Origin: Chiloscyllium plagiosum
Taxonomy: Eukaryota
DNA length: 64,000 nt
Assembly (NCBI RefSeq): GCF_004010195.1
Contig: NC_057720.1
Location: 18,800,538 to 18,864,537, forward strand
Direction of reading: 5' to 3'
The position numbers were made by a program, and so were the translations under genes. The notes beneath the pieces are model-generated. The model was not told the origin of the DNA and ran no database searches. It saw only the letters and a program-made list of their open reading frames with translations. This document shows, in pieces, positions 52,671 to 63,590 of the stretch. Each line of letters opens with the position of its first letter. The first letter of the stretch is position 1.

Positions 52671-52989
52671 GGGTAGCACGGTGGCTCAGTGGTTAGCACT
52701 GCTGCCTCACAGTGCCAGGGACCCAAGTTTGATTCCAGCCTCGGGCGACAGTCTGTGTGGGTTTCCTCTGAGTGCTCTGGTTTCCTCCCACAGTCCGAAG
52801 ATGTGCAGGTTAAGTGAATTGACTGTGCTAAAGTGCCCATAGTGTTCAGGGATGTGTAGGTTAGGTGCATTAGTCAGGGGTAGATATAAGGTAGAGGGAA
52901 TAGGTGTGGCTGGATTACTCTTCGGAGGATTGGCGTGAACTCGTTGGGCCGGAGGGTCTGTTTCCACACTGTACAGATTCTAAGATTCA
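52671..52989 (+). mobile_element. HE1-type SINE
   Basis: Same diagnostic motifs. Confidence 0.85.
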
Positions 52990-53126
52990 GTCCCAAGTGA
53001 ACAATTCTATCTTTTTAAGAACTCCAATGCATCTAAATGAATTTTGAATGAATGATCACAATGACTCAGTTTCTCAGGCATCAGAATAGCTGGTGGTAGC
53101 TCATGGTATCTTTGTGTGGTTTACAG

Positions 53127-53301
53127 GTGGTTGCTGAAGCAAGGTCCCTGAACAGCAATGACACATTTGTGCTGAAAGAAGCACAAAAGACCTACATTTG
53201 GAAAGGCGTGGGTGCAAGTGACGCTGAATTAAAGACTGCAAAGTACGTGGTCAGCGTACTGGGAGGAAGTGCAATAGAGATTAAAGAGGGAAGTGAACCA
53301 G
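53127..53301 (+). CDS. scinla: Coding exon 12 (VVAEARSLNSNDTFVLK...YIWKGVGAS...EGSEP)
   Basis: ttacag acceptor, G|gtacag donor, 175 nt; G5. Confidence 0.95.
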
Positions 53302-54157
53302 GTACAGTTTTCACTTCTTCTTTTCAATTCAATAAAGAGCTCAGGAGAGACTTCTTCGTCCAGAGCATGCTCAAACTGTGAAAATGACAACCGCATTGAA
53401 TAGCTGAGATGTCTTTCTGGAGAATAAATGCATGAGAGAGAGAAAGGAATAAAAAGATATGTTAACAATGGGAAAGATATGTTAATCGGGGCAAGAAGGT
53501 GCTTCTGTGGAGCAGAATCATCAGTGTAAGGGCTGAATGGCCTGATCTGTAGAAACTTAGAGCTAAACAAATCAGAAAGAGGCCATTTGGTGCAACATGC
53601 CTATGGTGGTGTTTTTTCACTAAAACTTAATCCCCCTCTCCTTGCTCATTTCCCATTACTCCCCCCACTCTACCCCCACACCCCCCCTGTATTTTTTATC
53701 CTTTGTATTTATAACACAGAACCTTTAATGTCATAAAAAAAAGGAGTGACAGGATACAGGAACTGGTCACATAGGATTGGTATGACAGAGACTGTGGAGG
53801 ACAAACACCAGCAAGGACTGAATGGGCCAAATGGCCTGTTTCAATGCTATAATTGTATGCAACTTGGCTACCATGCCAGTATTTGACTCTGTACTGTAAT
53901 TGGTCACCTCTGAAGCACCATGCCACAGCGCAGCTCATGATAATACTCATAATCCCTTGTAAATAATTTCATGGCATCAGATGCAAGAACTTCTGTGCAG
54001 TGGGCCTTCCAAAACTTCCATCGTATTATTTTCTGGGATTCCCAAGGAAACAGTGTGACTAGCCACTAAATGCCCTGTCACTGGGTAATGCTGGGAAATT
54101 GCTGTCAAAAGACTACCTCAATGCTACAACTCAGTCTCTGCTTCCTCCAAAATACAG

Positions 54158-54279
54158 AAAGCTTCTGGAAGGCACTCGGCGGAAAGCAGCCATACCAGAG
54201 TTCCAAAAGCCTCAAAGAAGAAATGCCTCAACACCCAATTCGTTTATTTGGTTGTTCAAACAAAACAGGAACATTTATT
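54158..54279 (+). CDS. scinla: Coding exon 13 (ESFWKALGGKQPYQSS...RLFGCSNKTGTFI)
   Basis: atacag acceptor, ATT|gtgagt donor, 122 nt. Confidence 0.95.
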
Positions 54280-54401
54280 GTGAGTTAATACACTTTGAAT
54301 CCTGGAACATTTGAATTGCTACCTGTAGAGGTTGATTTCATTTCTCAAATGTGATTGCTGTGTTTGTTGAACAAAGATCATATTTATTTCTCCTTACATA
54401 G

Positions 54402-54479
54402 ATGGAGGAAGTTCCAGGTGACTTCACACAGGCTGATTTAGCAGTTGATGATGTGATGATGTTAGATGCCTGGAATAAG
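54402..54479 (+). CDS. scinla: Coding exon 14 ([26 protein letters not shown])
   Basis: acatag acceptor, AAG|gtaggt donor, 78 nt; G6. Confidence 0.95.
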
Positions 54480-54547
54480 GTAGGTTGTGGTCCATTTTAC
54501 TTGCTGCGCATGAACTATCAGTATTGATATAACACTACATGGTCACT

Positions 54548-56240
54548 GAAAGGACTCCGTAGAGGCTGGTATGCCATCATCAAGTCACTCTTTATTTACA
54601 CCTGCACAGTGCTTGACACGGGTCTGGCTTCCTCAGAGCCAGCTCTCAGAGTGAACCGAACCTCTGACATTTTTGTTTACTTTTTAATTATTTTATTAAA
54701 CAATACAATTTACAAACAATTAACATTAACAGCTGTATACAGAGAAACAGCAACTTACAAGGGAGAGGAGTGGCAAAGCCAGGGCCCAAATCCGACTGTT
54801 CAACCAGTTTTCAGGGAAGTGAAGACAAACCTCAAATCCTGACAGCGCTGAGGACGGCCCACCCACCTTCCGGCTCTCAGTCTGCACCTACGTACTATCC
54901 AGCTCTCACCCACACTGACGTGCCATCTGGCCTATGGACTGTCCTGACACACCTTCCAACCACCTCCAGGACAGCCCATCCCAATTCCTCTTCTCGGGAC
55001 AACTGCACTCAGACTGACCTACCCACCTTCCAGGTCTTGGGAGAGCCTACCAACCTTCAGGTTCACAGGATGGCCTACCCATCCTCCAGCTCTCAGGGTA
55101 ACAGCTTTCAGGTCGACCTATGATCCTCCCAGCTCACAGTAAGGCCTGCCAGACCCAGGGACACACAAGACAGTGCAGGTGATAAACCTAACAAGCAACA
55201 AACAGAGTCCCTTCTGATACAGAGTCCATTACAATAAACAGTTCTCTTCAAAATGTGGAGTCCATTCCCAGGAACAGAGTCCACTCCAGTATACAAAGTG
55301 CATATTCAGAAATAGAGTCCACTCCAATCTGCAGAGTCCATTGCCAAAAACAGAGTCCATAATCGAGGGCAGAGTCCACTCCTGAAGGCAGCAAATGCTC
55401 ACCCTGCAGCACACACACAGCTGTTTAGTCTCCATAGAGAACCAGATCCATTCTCAGGAACTCATTACATTGTAAAGGTGCAGTTAACTCACAGGGGGTT
55501 GGTCCACACCCGAAGGCAGAGTCCACTCCTGAACTCCAAGACGCAGCAAGAGCTCACCTCCCAGCACACACACAGGTATTCAGTCTTTACAGAGGCCTAG
55601 TCCACCAACAAAGAGTCAGGCCTACCCACAGGAACTGCTCATCTGGAAAGGTGTATTTTCTCACAAGGGCCTCAGTCCAAACACTAAAAAAAGTGAAAAC
55701 ACATGGAAAAAACAAAGAATACCAGAGTACAAACATAGAACATAGAACATAGAAGAATACAGCGCAGTACAGGCCCAAAAAGAAAGAAAACCAGAGTACA
55801 AGGGCTAAGCCCTGCCACAAAATCAACATTGTCCTTTTCTCAAAGTAAAAAAGAAAAGAATAACACACAGGCTGTAACCAGCCAGTGCACAGTTCCCTAA
55901 TGAGAACTGAGGTACACCTGTAACACGTTGACTGTGTAGATCAGGTCATTTAAAACTCAGTCCTCAATATAAAAGGAATACCAGTTAACAAACTGGCTAT
56001 ATAATTCAGTCAGTTCAGGAATCAGCTTTCCCCCAAAAAGAAGCAGAAATCAATAGCAACAGTAACACACTGACTGTGGTCCAGCCAGCATTGAGTCAGT
56101 GCCCTAAACTGAGGAGATTCCATATTTCCTGTTATATCTGTCAGCCTGGGCTCCCTGATTGGATCAGACTAACAGCACCAATCAGGGAACTCATGTTCTA
56201 TGAGGCCCATCTGACTGACCTGACTGCAATAACTGCAGTC
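54548..56240 (-). mobile_element. Solo-LTR-like element (halves about 54548-54669 and 56125-56240) split by an about 1.45-kb insertion
   Basis: Minus-strand AATAAA in the left half, TATA-like GATATAAC and the CCCTGATTGG...CCAATCAGGG hairpin in the right half; the insert begins with a T-rich tract. Recognition-based. Confidence 0.45.
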
Positions 56241-56254
56241 ACCTTAACTAGTAC

Positions 56255-56464
56255 ATGAAGTGGAGGTGCCAGTATTGGACTGTGGTGGACAAGGTCAGGA
56301 GTCACATGAAACCAAGTTATATTCCAACAGGTTTATGAGAACACAGGCTGTCAGAGCACTGCTCCTTCGTCGGGTGAAATCCCTTCAGCAGCACTGCAAA
56401 AGTTTGTATTTTCAAATAAACCTGTTGGACTATGACCTGGTGTTGTGTGACCGCTGACCTTGTC
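56255..56464. mobile_element. Degenerate family C inverted-repeat element
   Basis: Arms CCAACAGGTTTA / TAAACCTGTTGGACTAT resemble 12906-13436; a further copy at about 42716-42870. Confidence 0.6.
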
Positions 56465-57237
56465 AGCCAGTATAGGCATTGAACCTGTGCATTATTATTG
56501 TTGCATATCACAAAACAGCCAACACACTAAGCTAACTGACATAGTGTAGGACTGACATTCTCAGCCTTGCCCTTCATCTGAGTTGTGCTGAACCTCACAT
56601 TAAACTCACCATCAGACATCTTTCTCTAATGAAAGAGCAGCCCATGATCCCCTGGGACCATTTCATTTTCAGCACTAAAGAAGGTCCTAGCTTCGATTCC
56701 TGATCTTTGCTTGAGGCCAGCACTGGTCCTTTAGTAAAAGGTTTCCCAGCCTTTTTCCTCCTGATTGCCCGCAAGTGACAATCACTCAGAAATATGTGCC
56801 TGCGCCATTTGGCTTTACAACCAGAATTACACGTAGTTTTTCTCCTGACTTCACTTCAAATACCTCTGGGCACCTGCAGCTCACTCCTGAACAGAGCAAC
56901 AGGCCACAACGTCCTGATCCCTCCCACACCCACCCATCCCTGGTGTCGGTTAAGGTAATTCAGGTCGGAATAGGGGAGCTGATTCAGGGCTCTGCAGCTA
57001 ACCTGAATTATGATTAGGCCGAGAGATATTTTTAAGGTCACTGTCAGTCCGTTACATCTGGCTGGTGTGCTATATCTCTCCTGCATTGGGACAACAGCAT
57101 ATTTAGGCCCAGTGGCAAAAAGAGGTTGGAAATTTGGATGGATGCTGGGAAATGCATTGAAATTAGCTTAGCATTTCAATGATGTGGTGCTGTTAAGGTT
57201 AAGAATTAATCAGTTCCCTTTCCTTTATGTTTTATAG

Positions 57238-57298
57238 ATCTTCATTTGGTTTGGCAGTTCAGCATCTGAGCTGGAGAAGACAGAGTCAGTTAAATATG
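57238..57298 (+). CDS. scinla: Coding exon 15 (IFIWFGSSASELEKTESVKY)
   Basis: ttatag acceptor, G|gtgagt donor, 61 nt. Confidence 0.93.
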
Positions 57299-57816
57299 GT
57301 GAGTAACTAGAGCAGGTTTGGAAAGTGCTGTCAGAAGAAATTTGGTGCAATTCAGCATTGCACTTTGTATGTGGTACACACTGCTGTCACAAAGGAGGAA
57401 ATTAATGTTTAAATACGACCTGGTAAAGGGCAGTGCAGAAAGTGCAAATCACCAGCACCCATGTTCTAGACGATGTCCAGGCTGTCACTGGGGCAGAGCG
57501 CAACTTCATCCCAAAACACTTGGGCAAATTCAATCATGGGAATGCTGTCAGTTGAATGGACAGAGGCTCTGGGAGCACCTCTTCTGATCACTGGCTGCTT
57601 CTCTCTTGTACTTGCTGCTGGTAGGTTCAATTGTGAGAGGAGGGAGTAGAGAGGCTGCAAGAGGATATAGCAGTGAGAGGGAAGCTGCAGGGTGAGACTG
57701 CAAGCAAACAGTTACCGTGCAGACAGTGAACAATTTTAAACATATGAACACCAAACTGCTCAGTAAACCGGGAAACAGTTAAACTGGACATCACTAAGAC
57801 AATTCAATCATTCTGG

Positions 57817-58118
57817 GGGTGGCACGGTGGCTCAGTGGTGAGCACTGCAGCCTCACAGCGCCAGGGACCCAGGTTCGATTCCAGCCTTGGGCAACTGTCT
57901 GCGTGGAGTTTGCACATTCTCCCCATGTCTGTGGGGATTTCCTCCAGGTCCTCTGATTTCCTCCCACAATCCAAAAAATATCCAGATCAGGTGGATTGCC
58001 CATAGTGTTCGGTGCATTAGTCAGACGAAAATGGGTTTGGGTGAGATACTCTTTGGAGGGTCGGTGTGGACTTGTTGGGCCAAAGGGCCTGTTTCCACAC
58101 TGTAGGCAATCTAATCTC
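57817..58118 (+). mobile_element. HE1-type SINE
   Basis: Same diagnostic motifs. Confidence 0.85.
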
Positions 58119-58185
58119 AAATAAATTTGGAATCCCTTACTTAAGACTGCATATGTTCAAGAGTTTGGTGGATGTCATTAGAATC

Positions 58186-58486
58186 CCTCCGGCCCACCAA
58201 GTCCACACCAACCCTCCGAAGAGTATCCCACCCAGACCCATTTCCCTACATTTACCCCTGACTCATGCACCTAACCTATACATCCCTGAACACTATGAGC
58301 AATTTAGCATGGCCCATTCACCTAACCTGTACATCTTTGGACTGTGGGAGGAAACCAGACCATCTGGAGGAAAGCCCCACAGAACGTGCAAACACCACAC
58401 AGATGGTCACCCGAGGTTAGAATCAGACTTGGGTCCCTGGTGCTGTAAGGCAGCAGTGCTCACCACTGAGCCACCTGTGCCACCCC
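58186..58486 (-). mobile_element. HE1-type SINE
   Basis: Same diagnostic motifs. Confidence 0.85.
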
Positions 58487-58924
58487 AAATAGTATTCTGT
58501 CAATTGTTAAACTTAAATCTAAAATGTAACGAAAGTGGTAGCAACTGCCTTATTAAAATCTTCCAGCTTCATGAATATGCTATGGACTGCAATGGCTGTG
58601 ATCTCATCAATCTGTGGAAGGTATACTTAGGTCATGGCTTTTCATGTCATTTATTTTTAGGGGAAAGCTTTTTTATGCCTTATACCTATCTAATTTTTTT
58701 AATATAATTCATTCATGGGATAAGGACATCGCTGACTAGGTCAGTGTTTACTGCCCATCCTCAATTGCCCTTTGGTGAGTCAACCACATTGCTGTGGATC
58801 TGGAATCACGTCCAGACCCAGATGTGAGGGTGAGTGAAGTGAAGGGACAGTGGGGAAAAGGAGCCCAGAAACAGGAGAAGCACTGCCCAGGTAAAGATAG
58901 CAGATTGCTTCCCTAAAGGGCATT

Positions 58925-59562
58925 AGGCATTTGGTATGCTTGCCTTTATTGGACAGCACATTGAGCAGAGGGGTTGGGAGGTCATGTTGCAGCTGTACAG
59001 GACATTGGTTAGACCTCGTTTGGAATACAGTGTACAATTCTGGTCTCCCTCCTATTCGGAAGGATGTTGTAGAATTTGAAAGGGTTCTGAGAAGTTTTAC
59101 GAGAATGTTGCCAGGTTTGGAGGGTTTGAGCTATAAGGAGAGGCTGAATAGGCTGGGGCTGTTTTCCCTGGAGAATTGAAAGCTGAGAAGTGACCTTATA
59201 GAGGTTTGTAAAATCATGAGGGGGATGGATAGGATAAATAGCCAGGGATCTTTCTCCAGGATAGGGGAGTCCAAAGCTAGAAGGCATAGGCTTAGGGTGA
59301 GAGGGGAAAGATTTAAGAGGGATCTAAGGGACAACTTATTCATGCAGAGGGTGGTGCATGTGTGGAATGAACTGCCAAAGAAAGTGGTGGCGGCTAGTAC
59401 AATTACAACATTTAACAGGCATCTGGTGTAAATGAATTTGAAGGGTTTGGAGGCATAAGGATCAAATGCTGGCAAATTGCACTAGATTCATCTAGGATAC
59501 CTGGTTGGCAGAGACGAGTTAGACCAAAGGGTCGATTTTTGTGCTGTACATCTGTAAGACTC
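58925..59562 (+). mobile_element. CR1 LINE 3' fragment inserted in an older SINE-like repeat (58705-58924 / 59565-59750)
   Basis: FMQRVVHVWNELP. Confidence 0.85.
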
Positions 59563-61333
59563 TAGCGAGCCAGATGCATTTTTCTCCCTCTGACATAATT
59601 AGATCATTTTCATGGTCACCATTGGAATCTTATTTCCAGATTTTTATTGAATTCAAATTCCACCATTTAGAATCCGAGTCACCAGAGCATTACCTGGGTC
59701 TTTGGATGAACAGTCCAATGATAATATCAACTAGGCCGTCACCTCCCCATGTGAATTTTATGGGGTCTAAGATACTTTGTGTTCTGCCTTTAAGTTTAAT
59801 GGAGATCTGTTAATCATCAAGTACATTGATTATTTCTTTACATTCTGTTTCTGTTGAGTCAAAATACCCAAATGTCAACACAAGTACAGAAGTTGTTATT
59901 ATGTGACTTGCTTACTCGATAAATGAGTTAGTGAGAATGAGAAAGTAATTCTCAAAAAAATCAAAAAGGAATCCTTGAGAAAATCTCCAGAATAGCCCTT
60001 GAGGAAAAAGTATATTTTGACCCCTGCTCCAAATTGTGAAGGATGGGAGGGCAGTGAAGGGGCAGTGGGAAAAAGACACAGAAACAGGAAAAGCACTCGC
60101 CCATGTGCTTAACGTGGTGGATGGGAGGAGAATTGAGCACGTTATTTTCTCCTAGATAATGTCAAGCTTCATGTGTGTTATTGCAGCTCCACTTATCCAG
60201 GCAAATGGAGAGTATTAACAACAGCATCTATTAATTGCAAATGTTTCAAAGAACAATGGTGGGTTGGTTCCAGGATCTGGAACTTGAATTTGCAAGAAGT
60301 TCACTAAACTAATTTTTCTTCACAATGGAGATTAATTAAAATCAAATTCATGGCTTCATATGCTGGGAGGAATAGCTAATATTGATATAAATAATTTATT
60401 CTTCTAAGACCCTAAATGAAGAATATTAGTATAAAATAAACAAACCTCAGGCAAGACCAAAAAGATTTATTTTTGTCATAGATGCAGTTATGGAAGAGTC
60501 TCCCATATAATGCTGTTAGCAATGTGTTGGCTACTGCCTTTCAATAAGAAACCTATCTATTCAGGAATGGTCACAGATGTGATGTCTGAGAATCTGGGAG
60601 CTATTTCTTTATAAATGGACACCACTGTTAACCCTGAACTGATTGGCCCTCATGATCTGTTGTAGATGCAGTGGTGGCCTTATTACCTTCAGCACGGTAT
60701 TCATACTTGATAAAGTGATACTTATGTTAGCTCCTGTAACATAAGAGTTGGAAGTGAGTCATTAGTACTGAAAGATTCAAAAGACGTTTATTACCGCTAC
60801 AAGCACTGCTGTGTCTGAGCTAGTTCAAACTGTCACATGATTTCTTCAGCAAGTAATGCAAGTAATTCCGGTAAGATGGAGACTAAGAACTTTATCCAAC
60901 CATGTCACATGATCTATGGTACAGTGATGATATCCTGATTATGTCCTGTAAAGGTATAATGCATGCCATCTGTAAGACATAGCACAACAACAGCAATCTG
61001 TTTCTTTGTCAAATATGGAATGGCTTTTGGTGGAACACTTCCAAAACCAACTTTACATTTGAGCGCAAGAATCAATTATCTGTTGCCAACAGAGAAAGCA
61101 AAATACACATGAAAGTCAGTCTAAAGAATTTGCAAATGAAGAAACACTCTTTCATGCTGATTTTACAGTATTTCTGACAGATCCTGAACCCCAATTCAAT
61201 TTGGTAATTAAAAATGTCTTAAACCTTGAATAGGAAATCACTTAGAATTGAAGTTGAATGTGGAAAACTAAGTTTGTGTTCCAAACTGTGTTATTTTTCA
61301 AACTAATATATCTATATATTTTTTATCTACCAG

Positions 61334-61503
61334 CAAAAGAATACTTGGAATCTGATCCATCTAAAAGAGATTCAGGAACACCCATTACCATCGTCAAACA
61401 AGGACAGGAACCTCCAACATTCACAGGCTGGTTCTTAGCTTGGGATACCAAAATGTGGGAAATGAGTGCTCTGGAAAAGTATTTGGCCAATCTCAAAGCG
61501 TAG
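61334..61503 (+). CDS. scinla: Coding exon 16, last ([13 protein letters not shown]...[34 protein letters not shown])
   Basis: taccag acceptor, TAG at 61501-61503; end of G6 plus C-terminal tail. Confidence 0.95.
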
Positions 61504-62596
61504 TGCTGAGATGGGACTACATTGACCCACTTTTTTTTATTTGCATGCCCAAGCTGTAAAGCATTGAAGAGTTGGATGTTTTAGTGCCAGTAGAAATTCA
61601 GCAACTTTTTTTTTTACCATTTAAGGACATGTGAGTGAATATATCTTTTCTATAGGATGCTTTGATATATCATGAATTGTATTGGGAATAGGAATGAATT
61701 CAGTGTTGCCTCTGCCACTGGTTCAGACAAATTGAGAACCAGACATACGTTGAAAAATCAGCTACTGGCCCAAAAGCTTATTTGTGGTCTTTCCCTTCAA
61801 ATCAATGCCATAATTCTGGCTTTGCCTTAGATTAGGTGGAGTATGGGTTAAACCAGGCAGAAATCATGTGTTCAAATTCTACATTCATTTTAGACTCCAA
61901 GTTAACATCAAACACAATGACACTCTGAGCATTGATCATCTCTTCTTGATTATGATAATAATGGAACTAGATCTGAATCAAGTTGCAAATGGGAGACACT
62001 ATCAGAAGAGAACCTGTTTGATTGTGTCAGATGCTTGGGAAAAGCATGTGCAGAGAACGTTTGCAACTTCAGTAAGGACGACAAACTGTTAATGCTCCCC
62101 TGGTGCTTAAGGTCAGTTGTAGTGCTGAAGGTGACTTGAATTGAAGACAATCAAGGGTACGACTGTTGGCACGTTAAATTTGGAAGCTTTGGGAAGCATG
62201 GTGGGTGCTAGAACATTAGAAAATATGCCACACTTAGTTCCATTCGCATCAACAAATGGCACTTCAAACTGTACCTCAACATCTTAAGGAGGATTCTGAA
62301 CCTTTGTGGCCTTAAATGTATTGAAACTGAATTTCTGCCACTCACTCTGAGGCTGTGCATGAGCATGCTTACCATTATTAAATTCTTTGAGCGATAAGGC
62401 TGGTTACTCTTCTCCACCATAGTCATGTTAATGCCTCTGGCTTTTCAGTTTTGCTGCATTTCCAGTTTTTTTTTGCAGACTGCAGGGGAATTTTAGGTGT
62501 GAAAATAGCAAGGCTTCTGCTAAATTGCTTGGCTCAAAGAAAAGAATGGTATATAAGTGTATCCAGATCCATTGTTTATTCCTATGTTGGTATCTT

Positions 62597-62602
62597 AATA
62601 AA
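62597..62602 (+). terminator. Polyadenylation signal AATAAA (3' UTR about 1.1 kb); alternative ATTAAA at 62377 and 62668
   Basis: First AATAAA I found after the stop, in AT-rich sequence with no recognised repeats. Confidence 0.55.
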
Positions 62603-63262
62603 AACTTGGCATTTACTGAACTATTTCATTTATAAGACCTTTATTGAAACAGACAAACTGATTTTTTATTAAAAGAATTACATTTACGATCAAAAGGTAA
62701 ACTTTACTGTAAGTAATCAATGTTAACAACGTTACCTTGCATAGTTGCAAGCACACACATCACTTTCCGCACAAATATGTGACCATGCGCCGTCTCATAG
62801 TCTGTATTGTGTAGTGTCTGTCACTTCACACTCAATAATTTTGGTCCTGAGTCACATTTACCAATAGCTGTAATCCATCTGAAGCCCCAGCTGTTGTTGC
62901 CCCCCAACAAAACACATTACGAACCCTGTGTCTTTCAAATTTTCGAATGGTGTTGCGTGAAACTAGTAGTTAGTCAAAGAAAGCTAAATATCGGGTAAAT
63001 ATTAATCTACTCTCTGAAATGATTAGCACGTTCATTGACACAGAGATTCAAGGAAATATTCCAGCCAATTATTCACAGGATGGCTCCCCAGGACATCACC
63101 GCAGAAGTAACTCAGGGCAGTGTCCTTGACCCTCATTCTCAATGACCTTGTTTCCGTCAAATGGTCAGAAGTCGAGATGTTCACTGATCATTAAACACGG
63201 GCTGATAAGTGGCAAATAACTTGTCCCACTCAAGCGCCAAGTGATGACCAACTTGCACAAGA

Positions 63263-63590
63263 GGCGGTGGCGTGGTGGTTCAGTGGTTAGCACTGCTGCC
63301 TCACAATGCCCCGTGACCGGGGTTTGATTCCAGTCATCAGGCGGAGTTTGCACATTCTCACCCAGTTTCCTCTGGGTGCTCTGGTTTTTTTCCCACAATC
63401 CAAAGATGTGCAGGTCAGGTGAATTGGCCAGGCTAAATTGCGCATAGTGTTCAAGGATGTGGAGGTTAGCTGCATCAGTCAGGGGTAAATATAGGGTAGG
63501 GGCAATGGGTCTGGGTGGGTTACTCTTCGGAGGGTCTGTGTGGATTTGTTGGGCCAAAGGCCCTGTTTCCACACTGTAGGGATTCAATTC
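63263..63590 (+). mobile_element. HE1-type SINE
   Basis: Same diagnostic motifs. Confidence 0.85.

Larger units (their letters stand above)
25087..61503 (+). other. scinla: Gene span (ATG to stop): gelsolin-family actin-severing/capping protein, scinderin-like/gelsolin-like, 16 coding exons, 725 aa
   Basis: Manually spliced exons of 181,155,162,150,90,133,89,216,134,91,171,175,122,78,61,170 nt = 2178 nt, open frame, all GT-AG. Six gelsolin repeats (WRIE, FxxGDxY, WxG motifs). The short G1 loop YIVFYTTPDFNYNVHLWLG resembles fish scinderin-like more than GSN. The gelsolin family call is secure; the exact orthologue symbol is tentative. Confidence 0.9.

Noticed and set aside
58066..58707. 213-aa ORF
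   Set aside because: Runs through SINE sequence; no coding features
61334..62600. Villin/advillin identity
   Set aside because: Stop codon follows a short tail; no headpiece domain or further exon seen
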